DNA of 63,849 nt, counting the filler, from Reclinomonas americana ATCC 50394 (lineage: Eukaryota), in assembly GCA_048213135.1 (NCBI GenBank). It is 3 parts of 2 records of this genome, joined end to end, with 100 filler letters (N's around TTAATTAATTAA, not from the genome) between each part and the next. Parts side by side here need not be neighbours in the genome. Positions count along the whole stretch, not along the records: positions 1 to 27,757 come from PS015024.1; positions 27,858 to 56,789 come from PS015024.1; 1 more part is not named here. One strand, written 5' to 3'. How positions within the stretch are numbered: the first letter of the stretch is position 1; each line of letters starts with the position of its first letter. A model generated the notes under the pieces. It was not told where the DNA came from. It saw only the letters and a program-made list of their open reading frames with translations, and made no database searches. Positions 24,710 to 36,565 of this stretch are shown piece by piece. The position numbers and the translations under genes were made by a program.

Positions 24710-26971
24710 ATGTGGGGGGCGCCGACCATGGCCAGCGGCCATGATGTCGAGATGCATGACCGCGCGTCGCGATCGTGCCTCGTGTCTCCGCCAGCGCCCA
24801 CTCGGCATTGGCGCCGGCAGTCTCCTGTCACCTCCACCGGGGCACAAGCCGCCGCAGCTGCAGCGCACGTTGCACGAGCAAGTGTGCATGCATCAAACGG
24901 CAGTGACAGCGGTGTCGCGCAGCTGCAGGTGAGAACATGCCTGCCTGCCTCTCGACACCGAGTTGTCTCTCTCACTGTTCCTTGACCACAGTTTGGCGCA
25001 CACCCCTCCGCCTCAGCCGCACGCGTTCTGGCGTCGTCGTCAGACCCCCAGTTCACCATGCCGATGCCCAGTGATGCCGTTTTGTGGTCCCCGATGTTGC
25101 CGACGCCTCCTCAATCATTTCCGGTCAGTTTCCCGCTCGGAAGTCCGCCACAGCTGCCCCCTTCGCTCTACGGTCACCAGTGGACCCCTCCCGCGGTTGG
25201 CATGTCATCCGTGGTGCAGACGTACGGTGACGCTGCACCGAGCACCGTCACCATCAACTTCAGTGGCACGCCGGAAGGACAAGCCACGTACGACGTCGCC
25301 TCCCTCTCTCGCTTGCCTCATGGTTTGGGCGCGGATGCCAGTGGCAGCTTGTTCCTGACACCGACGTCACCGTTGTCGCCGCCGCCGCCCCCGCCGCCCG
25401 CTGCTGCCGCCGCGTCGCACACATTCGTCAAACTGGTGCGCTACCCTGGACTGCTCGCCAAACTCGTGTGCTCCTTGGTCAAGGCCCCGTCGTCGGCGGA
25501 CGGAGTCGCCTGTGATGTGCGTGCATGTGCATGTGTGTTTGTGTGTGTGTGAGAGAGAACGGTTGTGAGCTCATTGTCGTGCATTCTCCCTCCTCAGCCC
25601 GAGTTCACGCCTTTTGCGGCGAGAGTGCAGTCGTCGCTGTGCACGGACCTGTCAGCGACAGTGGTGGACATGCTGTGCGCGCATCAGCGTGACGGCCGTG
25701 CACCTGCGCGGCAAGGTCGAGCCCGCGTAAGGCCGACATCGCTCGCCGAGGCACTTGTCGAGAGGCTTGTCGACACAGTGCAACAGATCCCCAGTTCCAG
25801 TGACGACGACGACGACGACGACGGCCTACAGTTGCTAGCCGAGCGCCGATCGCTCACCGCTGTCCTCTTCATCAACCACTACCGTTGCAACAGCCGTGGC
25901 TGAGCACGTGGCACGTCTCCTCGCGATCGATTACGGTGTGGAAGTCGGTCGGCTGTTGCGTCTTTGTGTGCGTGTGGGAAAGGAACCAGAGTGGCGATTA
26001 TTCCTCACATGTGTGCCGCCCTCTGTGCGTAGGGAGCCGAATGCGGCGATGCTGTGGGGTACTCATCACGAGGACTGCGCACTTCTCACGTTCTGTCTGA
26101 ATCACCCCCACGAGAAGGTGCTGAAGACGGGAGGGTATTTGCGAATCGCACACTGCCCGGTGCAGGATGCACACGGCGGGCAAGTTACTGTACCCGTTGA
26201 GGTGTTCGCCTCACCAGATGGTAGGTCATCTGGTTGCTTGTTCTTCGCATCATCACATCGCTCTGTTGCTCATTGATAGGTGTCACGCTGCGCGCAGCAA
26301 TGAGCGCCACTGATGGTGATGGGTATCACTACTTGCTGGAGGTCAAGTGTCCGTCACCATTCTCCGCCACCTCCTTCGCTCTGTCGAAACCGCCACGTCG
26401 CTTCGTTTCCGCCCAGTACATGGTTCAAGTTCAGCTCCAGCTCTATGCGACGGACTTTCCCTTGTGAGTGCGCCGTATCGATGCGGTACCGATTCAGCCA
26501 ACTCATCAACCGTGTGCACAATGCAGGGCAAAGTTGCTGTCGTGGACGCCGAGTGGCATGTTCGTCTTCGAGATCCCTCGCGATGACACACTCCTCGGGC
26601 TGCTGTTCCCGCTGCTGGGCCACATGGCTGGTGTTGTTCAGCGAGTATTCGAGTACAGTCGCGATCGCGGTCACGACTCACGCAGCACCGACGTCAAGTT
26701 CCCGGCCGAATGGGGCGACGATCCACATACCTGGCGACCTCTACAGGCCACTACCGAGATCATGGAGAAGTTTGAGCGCTTTGTGTGCCGCCTCTCGCGT
26801 GCCTGTCGAAAGGCCGAGGAAACCTGTCGAGCCTACAAGGACGTGTACACTGGGCCGCTGGGCAGACTGTGGGTGCGTAGCGTGGCTCCTATGGTGCCGC
26901 CGATGCCTGCGGCGGACGTGAAGATGGCCGCGGCCGAGGCGGTCGGTCCCAACGGCGCGCATGCGCAATGA
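24710..26971 (+). CDS. YqaJ-like / lambda-exonuclease (PD-(D/E)XK) family protein, spliced
   Basis: NAAMLWGTHHE, FASPD/G, LLEVKCP, YMVQVQLQL motifs joined by frame-preserving GT-AG introns (26221-26279, 26464-26526); Pro/Ser-rich N-terminus. Exon structure near 25730-26030 is ambiguous (stop at 25901-25903). Confidence 0.85.
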
Positions 26972-27583
26972 TCTTCCGATAATGTAATGCAAGAGCCTTC
27001 CTTTCCTCCATCAGCAAATGCTTTGCTGCTCCGTTTCACGTGCAATGGTGGGAGAGAGAGTTTGGGTATGGTTCCCTCTTACTGGAATAGTCGCGAGGCT
27101 GCGAGGAATCATGTCATGGGGGGTCGGCGACGATGCATGAAATGTGACGAATTCATGACCAAAAAAAAATTGACGGACTTCTCGGTCGCTCTTGGTGTCA
27201 CGCGCGCAGCGCGACACCCACCGACTCACTCGCCGATGTTCTGAATTTACACACTACCTGAAGCGCTGCTCTACACGCTCATATGACGCACGTCGCCACA
27301 GACGAGGGCAGATGTGTCGGCACGACGCACACTTTGAGCGCTTCGATTTTTTCGCGCCGAAACTTGCGAGCTCCTGTCGTTTTTCTCGCGCCACGAGTAA
27401 GCACGGCGGTCGTGCCGAGGCTCAGCAGGTGCGCCCGTGAGTCGCGCGTCGAATGGCCTTAGTCAGGGCGCAAGGAAGTGCGTGGGTGACGAGAACCGGC
27501 AATTTTCGCGCGAGGGGGGTGTCGATCTTTGACTCAGCCGATTTTCGCGCCCGACCTCTGTCGGCTTACTGACAAATCGACGA

Positions 27584-27602
27584 AGTTGACCCACCTACCT
27601 TT
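27584..27602 (-). repeat. Right terminal inverted repeat
   Basis: AGTTGACCCACCTACCTTT followed directly by ATTGCGCGG. Confidence 0.95.
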
Positions 27603-27801
27603 ATTGCGCGGGAAAGTCAGTCGTTCTCACGCGCGTTGGTGTGTGTGTGTGCGCGTGTGTGTGTGAGTGTGTGTGAGAGCGGGCACACTACACACTCATG
27701 GAGAAGCTCACGGCGTTCATGACGGAGGTGCGGCAGTTGACTCACTTGTTTCTTCTCNNNNNNNNNNNNNNNNNNNNNNNNNNNNNNNNNNNNNNNNNNN
27801 N

Positions 27802-27813
27802 TTAATTAATTAA
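27802..27813. other. Artificial contig linker TTAATTAATTAA
   Basis: Palindromic six-frame-stop 12-mer between N runs; identical copy at 56834. Confidence 0.92.
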
Positions 27814-27970
27814 NNNNNNNNNNNNNNNNNNNNNNNNNNNNNNNNNNNNNNNNNNNNGTCTCTCCCTACTTCGATCTTTGATTCTCGTTTCCCCCTCCGT
27901 TTCTTCCCCCTCTCTACCTTCTTCTTTACTTCTCCCTCTTTTCTTATTCGATTGTTGATTGCCGTCGCAG

Positions 27971-29667
27971 GGTCGAATCGCCACGGTTGGAGGAGCTCCA
28001 GTCGAAGGAGTACTCATTTGATCTGCTCAATGCTGGTGCGTCGATGTTGATCTCGTGCTCTCTCTTTGCTCGCTTCTCACCATTTGTGATCCGCACAGGC
28101 CAACTTCGACGGTACGCACACTATTTTTGCACCTTTTTCTGTGCATCATCTCTTCTGTTGTTTTGTTGCGGCGCAAGATACGAGCATACACACTTCTTAC
28201 CTGCAGTGATGTGCTGATTAGGCGGCGACCTGACGATGCTCGCTTTGCGAGTGGCGTCGACAGTGACGGTGGTGTTGGCGTTGATGTTGCGTGGCTTGCA
28301 ACAACGACAATTATCGTTTGCTCTCGTTGGTTCCGTCTCTCAAGTCGTGATGGTCACCATATGCACAGGGAACACCTCGCGCTCCCTCCAACAGTCGTGT
28401 GGTGAGCTGCTCCACCCGAGAATCAGAGTGTTGCGTGATATTATTGTCTCACACTTCGCCCACCCCACCGCAGCGCCCTGTCAGCGCTGGCTCACCCAGC
28501 CGCGGTCATTCGCGACGGTCCTCGACACTCGACGCAGCCGGCGAGTACCGTTGTGTCTCTCTGGCGGTTGTCGATTGCGGTGTGCAGTTGCTCACGTCGG
28601 CTCTCCCCGTCACAGAGTTTGGTCCCGACCAGGAGTACATGATGCGCTACCGCCAGCTGTACGAGGAGGCTCTGCGTGGCAATGCATCGTCACGGTGCGC
28701 AAATGCGTGTGTATGTGTCTTCATGTCACTATCATGCGCCTCGTATTCATCGCCACCTTTGCTTGTCAGCGCACGAGCCGAGCAGACCGCGCAACAGCAG
28801 CTGCACGATTTGCAAATGTTGCACGAACTGCAGCACCTGCAGAGATTACAGATGATGGCCATGGCCGCCGCCACTGATGGAGGTGGACATGCGATGCATG
28901 AATCGGCGGCTTCGCGGTCACGATCGCCCGCCGTGGTACGCTCTACGGGTCTCATGGCTTCGGCGGGAATCACCACCACTGGCGCCCTCGCTGTCGACGT
29001 CTATCATCCCGGCCGCAGTCAGCCTGGGGCGCCAGTGGGTGGCGCGTCCTCCACGGGTGCCTTTGCGACGGCTTCGCCTCACGAGCGCAGAGCTCCATCT
29101 GTGCAAGGGCAAAGCTCGTCGCCGTTGCGTTTGTGTGTCATCATTCCTCACAAAGCACCAATCGGGGTGTGTGTTTGTAACTCACGAATATCTGTATTGC
29201 CGTGCCAGTGCCGTGCCAGCAAACCCCATGTCGACAGCCGCCGCTGTGGCCGCCGCTGTGGCCGCCAGCGCTGCTGCGGCGACAGCATCGTCTGCACCAC
29301 CTGCCAGCGGCAGCAGCAGCAGTCGCCCGACCTCAGGCGTCTCCCGACCCGGGTACTATGCGCTGACGCCGGCTCTGTACCGCTCCGAGATTGCTCTGGT
29401 ACGTGCAAGTGAGAGGGGGCGGGGACGGGCGCCGGAGGCAATGTGACTCACCCACTCTCTCACATCATCGCAGGATGAGATGATGAACTCACCTGCATCG
29501 CCATCGCATCCTGCTCGACCAACTGCCAATGTTGCGTGCGATTGCCGTGTTGTCGAATTTTGTGTGTGGCTCACACTCTGCGTGCACAGTTGCCGCGGCT
29601 CGTCTCCAAGGTCAAGTCCGTGAAGTGGCGACCAAAGGACGACAAGTATGATGTGCGGTTAACGTGA
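27971..29667 (+). CDS. Hypothetical low-complexity multi-exon protein (an exon MEKLTAFMTE at 27698 lies across the linker)
   Basis: Chain of splice-compatible exons VESPRLEELQSKEYSFDLLNA...EFGPDQEYMMRYRQLYEEAL...YRSEIAL/DEMMNSP.../LPRLVSKVKSVKWRPKDDKYDVRLT*. Confidence 0.55.
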
Positions 29668-29984
29668 TGTGCTGATGTATGATGAAGAAGAAAGTGTATG
29701 TACAAAACACCGACAATCTCCCCTCCTGGCAGCATGCTGAGATTATGTTGTATACATGTCGATTGCGAATGACAACAAACAACTCGGAAGGAGAGAACAA
29801 AGACAAAAAAGGAAGGAAAGATAATAGAGAGTAGGGCGAAACAGTTAGTGGGTAGAGTGGTGAGGATCAACAAGAGAAGAAGAGTACACACTAAAAGACA
29901 ATTGCTTGTATGCGCCCATCGAGTCCGCGTGGTGGACGCGAGGGTCAATCACTTTTTCTTGTATCCATCGCGCAACCGTCAGCG

Positions 29985-32501
29985 TCATCTCGGGGTAGGA
30001 GGGCCGCTGCGCGATTTTCTGTGTGCGACAGCAACAAGACGGGATCAGCTCATGTTACACACGCACAAGCTCTGTTGCATCACCAACCCTTGCGAGGATT
30101 TCGTAGGTCTCAAAAACCTGTCCAGACCAGCCGCCGGCGGTGGCATCGCCGATGGCGCGCCACGTGCTGACATGTTGCCGGCGTTCTCCTTGTTCACCAC
30201 CGTCGTGCCACGAGGTGTCATCAGCGGCTTCTCGGGCTCTGCAGCACGGGTTCATGTTAGCGCTGCTGTTGTGGTACACGGATAACCAAAGTGTGCATGG
30301 TCTCACCAGTCGACGGCGTGCGCTTGAGGTCGGCACTCGATCCAGACCCGCCTTGAGCGTTGGACAGGCCCTTCAGATTGATGCTCACCACATGTGGAGG
30401 CTCTGCATTCACGATTAGCAACACTATCAATGTCGTAAAACAGCAGATACACAGTTAACTCACCATCCTTGCGGTTGCTGTTGCTGCCGGCGGACGACAA
30501 AATCTTGTGCTCGCTGTTGGCACGGCGGCGTGCAGACAGCGGCGGGACGAGCGACGCTTCCGTGGAGCTTGCAGCACCGTTCTCATCCGCCTTGCCAGCC
30601 GCAGCGACGAGTGTTGTCGGCGTGGCCGTGGTGGTCGGAGCAGCGGCACCGCGATGCAACAGGAGGCTCTCTCGGCGATTGCGCCGACCAGCCTCTTGTG
30701 CTGCTGCTGTTCCGTCCGTACCAGTCGCCGCCGCTGTCGCTGCAGTCGTGTCAATCGGCAGCCCGTGGCCCACCGACGCGAGCAGCTTCTGTGTGGTGGC
30801 AGAGAACTTCTTGAACACCTCGCTGATGGGCTCTGGTGTCGACGGATCCGAGTTGCGTCGCAGGTTCAGGGTCGGCACCTTGATGCTCGACGATGGCGTG
30901 CGTGCCGACAGTGGAGGCGGCAACGAGGGCGAGTCGGGGCTCATCGGGAAGCTGGCGTCGCTGCCGGGGGAGCCGGACAGGTTGTGAGCTGTGCTGCTGT
31001 CAACCGCCGGTGTGCCTGCTGCTGCAGCCGCTGCTGTGGTGGCAGTCGGAAGTGCGAGCGACACGGCCGACAGGGCTGCCTTGATAGGGACGGCCGACGG
31101 GGCTGCCACAGACGACAGATCGGGCGACGACTGGTGTGCGCGCATGTGCTTGGAGGCCTTGCTGCGCAGGCGGCGAGCCTTGTTGGACGGTGCTCCGTCG
31201 GGAGTGCTTGGACCAGTGGCCGAGGCAAAGTTCGGCACCATCGACGAGCCGGTGGGACTGGCCGGCACACTGCCAGTCTGCGGCGCAGGGGCGATCTTGG
31301 CCGTGCTCTTGATCTTGGCCTTGCTGGCCGCCGTCGGCGCCATGAGACGCGCCGACAGTGGTGCCGCAGCCGACGGTGCTGCCGGCACGGCAAATACGAC
31401 ACCAGCTGACTCGATGTGCTGCTGACTCTTGATGTGGGCTTGGACCGCGGGCAGATTGAAGCTGATGGCCGGCACTGTCGACGCTGCCGCAGAGCCAGTC
31501 GTCGAAATCGACGACGACTCATCCAGCGGAATGGCCAGCTCCACCAGCTTGCGTGTGGACTCGGACAATTCGATCGTGCTGCGGCTGTCGTCGCCCTCCA
31601 GTGCCGCCGTCCTCGCCGACATGGTGTTGGATTTGAGCTGCCGTGGTGGTGAGAAGGCTGGCTTGTTCAGACCGACACTCGATCGCCGCGGGCGACGTGC
31701 ACCGCGCGAGAGAGTGATGTTTGGCGAGACCTCGCCCGCCTGCGGTGCAGCAGCCATGGCCGCTGCCACTGCCATTGGAATCGCCTTGCCTGCGTCGGGC
31801 TCGGGAGTGGCCCATGCTTGCGACTGCAAGGGAATAGCAGAAAAATGAGAAGGAAACATCATTTTCAGTGGATGTGACACGACAAGCGACGCACCGCCAC
31901 CGGCAGAATGTCGGGCAGTCGCACCAACGAGCGCGTGATGGAAGGAGTGGGTTGGGCAAACTCCAGCGGCGAGCGCGGGAACGGCTCGTCCTCGAAGCGG
32001 AACGAGACAGACTCGTGCAGACGTGTCTTGAGCGGCGTGACCAGGAAGGAGGAGATCTCGGTGCAAAAGTTCTTCACGTCATCGTTGACAGTGAGGTATG
32101 TGTGTGCTGTAGCAGTGATGGTGAGTGAGTGACACAAAGGTGGCACACCAGCAAATGATATGCAAGCAGAAGACTCACCACCAAGCTCCTGCTTGAGGTT
32201 CTCGCCAAAGGACGAGTGGAAGAAGCGCAGTGCGACATTGTACTCGACATTCATCTCCGCGTCGACCAGGTTGTGATCTGTGGTCGCGCAAGTGAGTCGC
32301 TTTTGCTGGTAGTCTCCCAACACATGGCATGTCGCACTCACCGGACAGGAGGCGATGCTGAGTGCGCAGCAAACGCTGCAGGCTCTCCATCTGCTGCGTC
32401 ATATCCTCGTATGTGCGCTGGTACAGGCTCAGGGTCTTCTCGTAGCGATCCTTGCTGCGCTCCAACTCCATGGAACGCATGTCGGCCTGCAGCTCTCGCA
32501 G
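29985..32501 (-). CDS. Kinesin-8 C-terminal coiled coil and disordered tail exons
   Basis: LRELQADMRSMELERSKDRYEK continues the stalk of the flipped motor contig; Ala/Ser/Pro-rich tail with RLMAPTAAS, NKEN and RFLRPTKSS; 3' exon tentative. Confidence 0.7.
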
Positions 32502-32730
32502 CTGTGCGGTGAAAAGTGACCAAAGATGAGCAAATAAACAAAACAGCAGCAGGCACCTCCGCGAAAGATACAAANNNNNNNNNNNNNNNNNNNNNNNNNN
32601 NNNNNNNNNNNNNNNNNNNNNNNNNNNNNNNNNNNNNNNNNNNNNNNNNNNNNNNNNNNNNNNNNNNNNNNNACGCGCAGAGCGACAGTCAGTGCGCAGC
32701 CGGGGAAACTCACACTTGTCACCGGTGCAG

Positions 32731-34456
32731 TCTGCGACCGGAGAATGAGCGTGAGAAGAACGGGCCATTCCACCGACTGGTGCGCGCCGTCGACACCAAC
32801 GTGGTGGTGTTTGATCCGTCAGACGAGGAGCCGGCCAAGTGCACGCCGTCGGGTGTTGGAAAGCCGCTGTTTGGCCGCAAGCCCAAGGACATTCGATACG
32901 CCTTTGATCGCGTTTTTGACGAACGCACCACGCAGCTGGAGGTGTACCAGAACACGACTCGCTTCCTGCTGCCGGGTGTCATGAACGGATTCAATGCCAC
33001 CGTGTTTGCGTACGGTGCCACTGGTGAGTCTCCATTCCTTACTCCTTCTCCTGCGGTCCTGTTGCCAACTCTGCTGGCGAGTGTGCAGGTGCCGGCAAGA
33101 CGTTCACGATGAGTGGCTCCGACGAAAGCGGACCCGGCGTCATGGTGCTGACCATGCGCGACCTGTTCAAGGCCATTGACGCCAAGCGTGACGAAGTGAC
33201 CTGCCGCGTCTCCATGCAATATCTCGAGGTCTACAACGAGACGATCAAGGATCTGCTCCTGCCGCACGACAGCCGGAAGGGACAGAACCTGGAGTTGCGC
33301 GAGGACAAGGATCGCGGCATGACCGTGGCCGGCCTCACCGAGTACTTCCCGAGCACGGCCGAGGAGGTGCTGCAGATGTTGCAGTTTGGCAACTCGAACC
33401 GCACCAAGCACCCGACCGAGGCCAACCAGGAATCCAGTCGCTCGCACGCCGTGCTGCAGGTGAGCCGCTCTCCTTCGGTGCGAGTCATGCGACACAGTGA
33501 TTTTCTGACCCGCCTGTCTGCAGATCCTCGTGGAGCAGCAGCCGCGCACCGCCGATGTTAAGGCCGACGTGCGCATCGGCAAGCTCTCCCTAATTGATCT
33601 GGCTGGCAGTGAGCGTGCCGCCATGACCAAGAACGAGGGCGCCCGGCTGAAGGAGGGCGCCAACATCAACAAGTCGCTGCTGGCACTCGGCAACTGCATC
33701 AACGCTCTGACCACGGGCAAGCGGGGCGCCTACGTGCCCTACCGTGACAGCAAGCTGACGCGTCTGCTAAAGGACTCGCTCGGCGGCAACTGCCGAACCA
33801 TCATGATTGCGAATGTCAGCCCGTCCAGCATGTCGTACGAGGACACCTACAACACCCTGAAGTATGCCAACCGCGCCAAGAACATCAAGACGCGCGTCTC
33901 CCGCAACGTCCTCAACGTCAACTTCCACATCAGCGAGTACAACCGCATCATCCAGGAGCAGCGTGTGGAGATTGAGGAGCTCAAGCGCAAGATCACGGAA
34001 CTGACCGAGAGCCAGCGAACGCCAGACTTTGAGGCCGAGCAGGAGGCCGAGAGGCGGCAGGTGGAAGCCATGCAGCAGCGCATGCGCGACCACTACAGCG
34101 AGCGTATGAAGGTCAAGCGGAGCCTCATGGTGTTGGAGGAGCGCGAGCGCCTCAACAAGTTCTACCTGTCGGAGGCCAAGGAGAAGATTGACAAATTCCG
34201 CTTGGCGAATCCGCACGCCGACCTGCCACTCAGCCTGTACACGCTGCAGCGACACATTGTGGCGTGGCAGAGCGAGATGAATGAGGATTTCAAGCTGATG
34301 GAGGAACTCATGCAGCAGGACATGGAACTCGGTGAGCCTGTCTGTGCTCAGACTTTTTCCTGTTTATCATCTCGCCCTCCTCATTCATGCGCTTTTCGTG
34401 CAGATGCCGAGTGGAAGCAAGTGGATGAAGACATGCACAACCTGAAGGACTGCTCT
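32731..34456 (+). CDS. Kinesin-8 (KIF18/KIF19-like) motor and neck, on a flipped contig
   Basis: YAFDRVF, FAYGATGAGKT P-loop, [79 protein letters not shown]. Confidence 0.93.
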
Positions 34457-35542
34457 GTGGTTTTCGCAGTGGNNNNNNNNNNNNNNNNNNNNNNNNNNNN
34501 NNNNNNNNNNNNNNNNNNNNNNNNNNNNNNNNNNNNNNNNNNNNNNNNNNNNNNNNNNNNNNNNNNNNNNNNNNNNNNNNNNNNNNNNNNNNNNNNNNNN
34601 NNNNNNNNNNNNNNNNNNNNNNNNNNNNNNNNNNNNNNNNNNNNNNNNNNNNNNNNNNNNNNNNNNNNNNNNNNNNNNNNNNNNNNNNNNNNNNNNNNNN
34701 NNNNNNNNNNNNNNNNNNNNNNNNNNNNNNNNNNNNNNNNNNNNNNNNNNNNNNNNNNNNNNNNNNNNNNNNNNNNNNNNNNNNNNNNNNNNNNNNNNNN
34801 NNNNNNNNNNNNNNNNNNNNNNNNNNNNNNNNNNNNNNNNNNNNNNNNNNNNNNNNNNNNNNNNNNNNNNNNNNNNNNNNNNNNNNNNNNNNNNNNNNNN
34901 NNNNNNNNNNNNNNNNNNNNNNNNNNNNNNNNNNNNNNNNNNNNNNNNNNNNNNNNNNNNNNNNNNNNNNNNNNNNNNNNNNNNNNNNNNNNNNNNNNNN
35001 NNNNNNNNNNNNNNNNNNNNNNNNNNNNNNNNNNNNNNNNNNNNNNNNNNNNNNNNNNNNNNNNNNNNNNNNNNNNNNNNNNNNNNNNNNNNNNNNNNNN
35101 NNNNNNNNNNNNNNNNNNNNNNNNNNNNNNNNNNNNNNNNNNNNNNNNNNNNNNNNNNNNNNNNNNNNNNNNNNNNNNNNNNNNNNNNNNNNNNNNNNNN
35201 NNNNNNNNNNNNNNNNNNNNNNNNNNNNNNNNNNNNNNNNNNNNNNNNNGCTTGCCACGAGCCCGCAGACGATCGCAACATTGAACAGACGATGGCCGAC
35301 CGTTGAAACGGTCAGCAAATTTCAGGATTTTTCTATTATCGTGCAGTGCGAGAGAAGGCACGTTTCACCGCACACGCCACCGTGCCACACGCCGCCGTGC
35401 TCTCGCTGACTTGTGTACGTCTTGCGTGTGTGTGGCTCTCTGTCTGTTTGTGTGCGTGCGTGCGTGCGTGTTGCAGGGTACTGCTTTGTGTGAGCTGAGA
35501 CGAACGAGTGCCGCAACGTTTTCCGCAAAGTGACCGTTCGAT

Positions 35543-35766
35543 ATGCGACGAGGCGCCGTGCGTGCACGTGATGGGGCGGAGCGGCCGCTGCCGCGTTTGG
35601 GAGGAGTGGTCCCGGCATCCGCACGCAGTGCGGCGGGCCGCCCGGCAACTGCATCGTCCATGATGTCGACGTCGCACATGCGCCCGACATCAGCCGTCGA
35701 ACGTGAGAATCAAAAGTTCACCGAGCAGTTGGAGCAGGGCAGTTCCAACATCCTTGTTGCCGTGCG
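35543..35766 (+). CDS. Kinesin-8 first coding exon, on a separately flipped contig
   Basis: Ends SSNILVAVR with a GTGAGT donor and splices in frame to LRP at 32731; contig ends share ACGC. Confidence 0.85.
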
Positions 35767-36565
35767 GTGAGTGGATAGTACGCNNNNNNNNNNNNNNNNN
35801 NNNNNNNNNNNNNNNNNNNNNNNNNNNNNNNNNNNNNNNNNNNNNNNNNNNNNNNNNNNNNNNNNNNNNNNNNNNNNNNNNNNNNNNNNNNNNNNNNNNN
35901 NNNNNNNNNNNNNNNNNNNNNNNNNNNNNNNNNNNNNNNNNNNNNNNNNNNNNNNNNNNNNNNNNNNNNNNNNNNNNNNNNNNNNNNNNNNNNNNNNNNN
36001 NNNNNNNNNNNNNNNNNNNNNNNNNNNNNNNNNNNNNNNNNNNNNNNNNNNNNNNNNNNNNNNNNNNNNNNNNNNNNNNNNNNNNNNNNNNNNNNNNNNN
36101 NNNNNNNNNNNNNNNNNNNNNNNNNNNNNNNNNNNNNNNNNNNNNNNNNNNNNNNNNNNNNNNNNNNNNNNNNNNNNNNNNNNNNNNNNNNNNNNNNNNN
36201 NNNNNNNNNNNNNNNNNNNNNNNNNNNNNNNNNNNNNNNNNNNNNNNNNNNNNNNNNNNNNNNNNNNNNNNNNNNNNNNNNNNNNNNNNNNNNNNNNNNN
36301 NNNNNNNNNNNNNNNNNNNNNNNNNNNNNNNNNNNNNNNNNNNNNNNNNNNNNNNNNNNNNNNNNNNNNNNNNNNNNNNNNNNNNNNNNNNNNNNNNNNN
36401 NNNNNNNNNNNNNNNNNNNNNNNNNNNNNNNNNNNNNNNNNNNNNNNNNNNNNNNNNNNNNNNNNNNNNNNNNNNNNNNNNNNNNNNNNNNNNNNNNNNN
36501 NNNNNNNNNNNNNNNNNNNNNNNNNNNNNNNNNNNNNNNNNNNNNNNNNNNNNNNNNNNNNNNNN

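Larger units (their letters stand above)
24210..27602. mobile_element. TIR DNA transposon-like element (MULE-like structure), 3,393 bp, carrying a YqaJ exonuclease gene
   Basis: Perfect 19-bp TIR AAAGGTAGGTGGGTCAACT; 9-bp direct repeat ATTGCGCGG immediately outside both ends (24201-24209, 27603-27611); further inverted 12-, 11- and 15-bp blocks at mirrored positions. Confidence 0.88.

Noticed and set aside
23636-24889. 417-aa minus-strand ORF as the element's transposase
   Set aside because: It crosses the TIR and TMEM86 introns and shows no DDE or zinc-finger motifs; likely a chance ORF in GC-rich DNA.
27802-27813. TTAATTAATTAA palindrome as a biological site
   Set aside because: It sits between N runs and is identical at 56834; a standard six-frame-stop contig linker.
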